Source: Octopus bimaculoides (Eukaryota). Taken from it: 37,618 nucleotides of DNA. The stretch is taken from the NCBI RefSeq assembly GCF_001194135.2, contig NC_068995.1, forward strand, positions 32,147,710 to 32,185,327, read 5' to 3'. This document shows, piece by piece, positions 35,919 through 37,618 of this stretch. The notes beneath the pieces were generated by a model that was given only the letters and a program-made list of their open reading frames with translations, made no database searches and was not told the origin of the DNA. A program made the position numbers and the translations under genes. The number at the start of each line of letters is the position of its first letter. The stretch's first letter is position 1.

Positions 35919-36072
35919 AATACCGTTAAGTATTTATCCCGGTGCAATAACGATTCTGACGAGGCTGACTTTGCATTTTATCTTTTCGGGGTCGATAAAG
36001 GAAGTGTACCAGTTGAACACTGAAGTCAATGACCCGAAATTGCTGGTCTTGTGCCAAAATTTGAAATCATTA
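35919..36072. mobile_element. SINE family A with an inverted 5' head
   Basis: 35919-35958 matches the SINE head on the minus strand; 35959-36072 matches the body and tail on the plus strand. Confidence 0.7.
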
Positions 36073-36084
36073 TATCCTTAGGGA

Positions 36085-36830
36085 CTGTTCCAGTACTGCC
36101 AAAATTATTACTGCAGTCTCCCTCACCCCCTCGTACTATCTCTTCAACACTCACTAACCCACTTCCCTTTCCAGTATAATTGGTCTGCATCTGACTGGTG
36201 ATGCATGTTTCGGTGCATTATGAGCTGCTCCTCTGTTCTTGTGTCAATTTCCTTCAGCTTATCATTTCTCCATTCAATAATTCTTGCTCTATGCTTTATT
36301 AGGGTCACAGCCCTCAGATTTATTGCTTGCATATTTCTCGTATTCGATTTGGATTTCAGAATCTTTTTCATTCCTCGAAAATATATTACAGAATTCTTCT
36401 TTCATTTCTGTGCTTATGATTTTGTCCCTTTCCAGTATTTCTAGATACTTATGTTTCTTCTAAGATTAATAATTTTATGCTCTCATCCTTAGATAGATTA
36501 TTCTTCTTTTTTTTTACTGGTTTTACTCTCTTCATCCCTACCATTACACGTTCGTCAGAAGTCATCGCAATGTCGTTGATAGATATTCATACAGTTTGCA
36601 CTAAGGAGTCCAGTTGGTTCTTGTCTTTACTATAAACCATCCACAAAAAAGGAGATGGCTGATTTTTCCTTCTATTCTTTCTCAATCAGTAACTTTATTA
36701 TCTTTGTTTAGGATAATCAACGAAGCGATCAGTATGATTACAAACAAGATGAGAGAGAAGACTCTCCCCTCGAAAGACTTCTCTCCTGATATGTATATCT
36801 GCTAATCTACCCCCTCCTGATGCTAATTTT
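36085..36830 (-). mobile_element. R4/Dong-like RT fragment
   Basis: RGESL/SLILFVIIL, KISHLLF(MDD position), KNQLDSLVQTV, KKILKSKSNTRNMQAIN.RAV, EIDTRT, HHQSDADQLYWK. Confidence 0.85.
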
Positions 36831-36894
36831 ATTTTTCAGTGTCGTATTGCGTTTGCTAACTGGCACCTAACCACTTTGTTGTTGTTGTTGTTGT

Positions 36895-37130
36895 TAGGGT
36901 GGCGAGCTGCAGGAGCGTTAGCACGCCGAACGAAATGCTTAGCGGCATTTCGTCCGCCTTTACGTTCTGAGTTCAAACTCCGCTGAAGTCGTCTTTATCT
37001 TTCATCCTATCGGGGTCGATAAATTAAGTACCAGTTGAGTACTGAGGTCGATGTAATCGATTTCCTGCCCCTCAGATACCAGATATTTCTGGCCTTGTAA
37101 CAAAATAAGAAAGGATTATTATTATTATTA
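36895..37130 (+). mobile_element. SINE family A, full length, with (ATT)n tail
   Basis: GGTGGCGAGCTG...GAGTTCAAACTCC...GGGGTCGATAAATTAAGTACCAG...GGCCTTGT. Confidence 0.9.
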
Positions 37131-37147
37131 TTAGTAGTAGTAGTAGC

Positions 37148-37211
<64 letters not shown>

Positions 37212-37212
37212 A
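37113..37212. repeat. (TAT)n grading into (TAG)n
   Basis: Seen directly. Confidence 0.95.
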
Positions 37213-37214
37213 GC

Positions 37215-37512
37215 TGTCACATACAGGAATTTTATCTCAAATTTCAAGATACTTTTTTTAGGATACTTGTAGAATATATGATGCTACTTTTCAGTAGGTC
37301 AACAATGCAAGTCTCACTTCCAATATATTTTGGTCTTTTTGGTAGCAGTTTGGGTGTTTTGCCAAGTGTACCAATTACCACAAGAATAATTGTTGTCTTT
37401 TTCACAGTCTATTCATCTCTCTGGCTACGTCATGACATTTCTCAATTTTTTTTCAGTTTCTTTGATATTAACTTTATTATCAAAGGCAATTGCAAAGTCT
37501 TACACTGTTTGC
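37215..37512 (-). mobile_element. R4/Dong-like 3' (restriction-like endonuclease) fragment
   Basis: DFAIAFDNKVNIKETEK / EKCHDVAREMNRL / ILVVIGTLGKTPKLLPKR..IGSET.IVDLLKS.I.YST.IL KKVLEI*. Confidence 0.85.

Positions 37513-37592
<80 letters not shown>
37513..37592. repeat. (TAT)n microsatellite
   Basis: Seen directly. Confidence 0.95.
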
Positions 37593-37618
37593 GTTCAGTA
37601 GTTTTATTTTTATAACGT

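Noticed and set aside
35956-35962. CTGACGA hammerhead-like core
   Set aside because: Created by the SINE inversion junction; no stem II or GAAA follows.

Overview
Repeat-saturated animal genomic DNA, intronic or intergenic in character. I infer an octopus (coleoid cephalopod) genome from my recollection of the SINE families and from the LINE mix; no database was consulted. About 12% of the window is assembly gap (N at 1441-2067, 2716-3407, 4374-4851, 5701-6317, 12000-12113, 16341-16364, 21413-21730, 22816-23305, 24382-25237, 29552-29959), and many gaps are flanked by microsatellites. I found no intact host protein-coding gene, rRNA, true tRNA or CRISPR array. Most ORFs in the supplied track are microsatellite translations, N-spanning artefacts or decayed transposon frames. 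Recognisable content: decayed non-LTR retroelements (L1/Tx1 x3, R4/Dong-like x6, Penelope-like x2, CR1-like, RTE-like), two mariner relics, a Tc1/mariner-type MITE, a hAT-type MITE, at least three tRNA-derived SINE families and many simple repeats. A few short + strand segments have good splice signals but cannot be assigned to a gene. I found no convincing new biological system. The most interesting signals concern transposon biology: several divergent R4/Dong subfamilies next to (AAT)n arrays, a 3' tail shared between a CR1-like LINE and SINE-type elements, a 5'-inverted SINE, nested insertions and template-switch hairpins. Boundaries of decayed elements are approximate (tens of bp).
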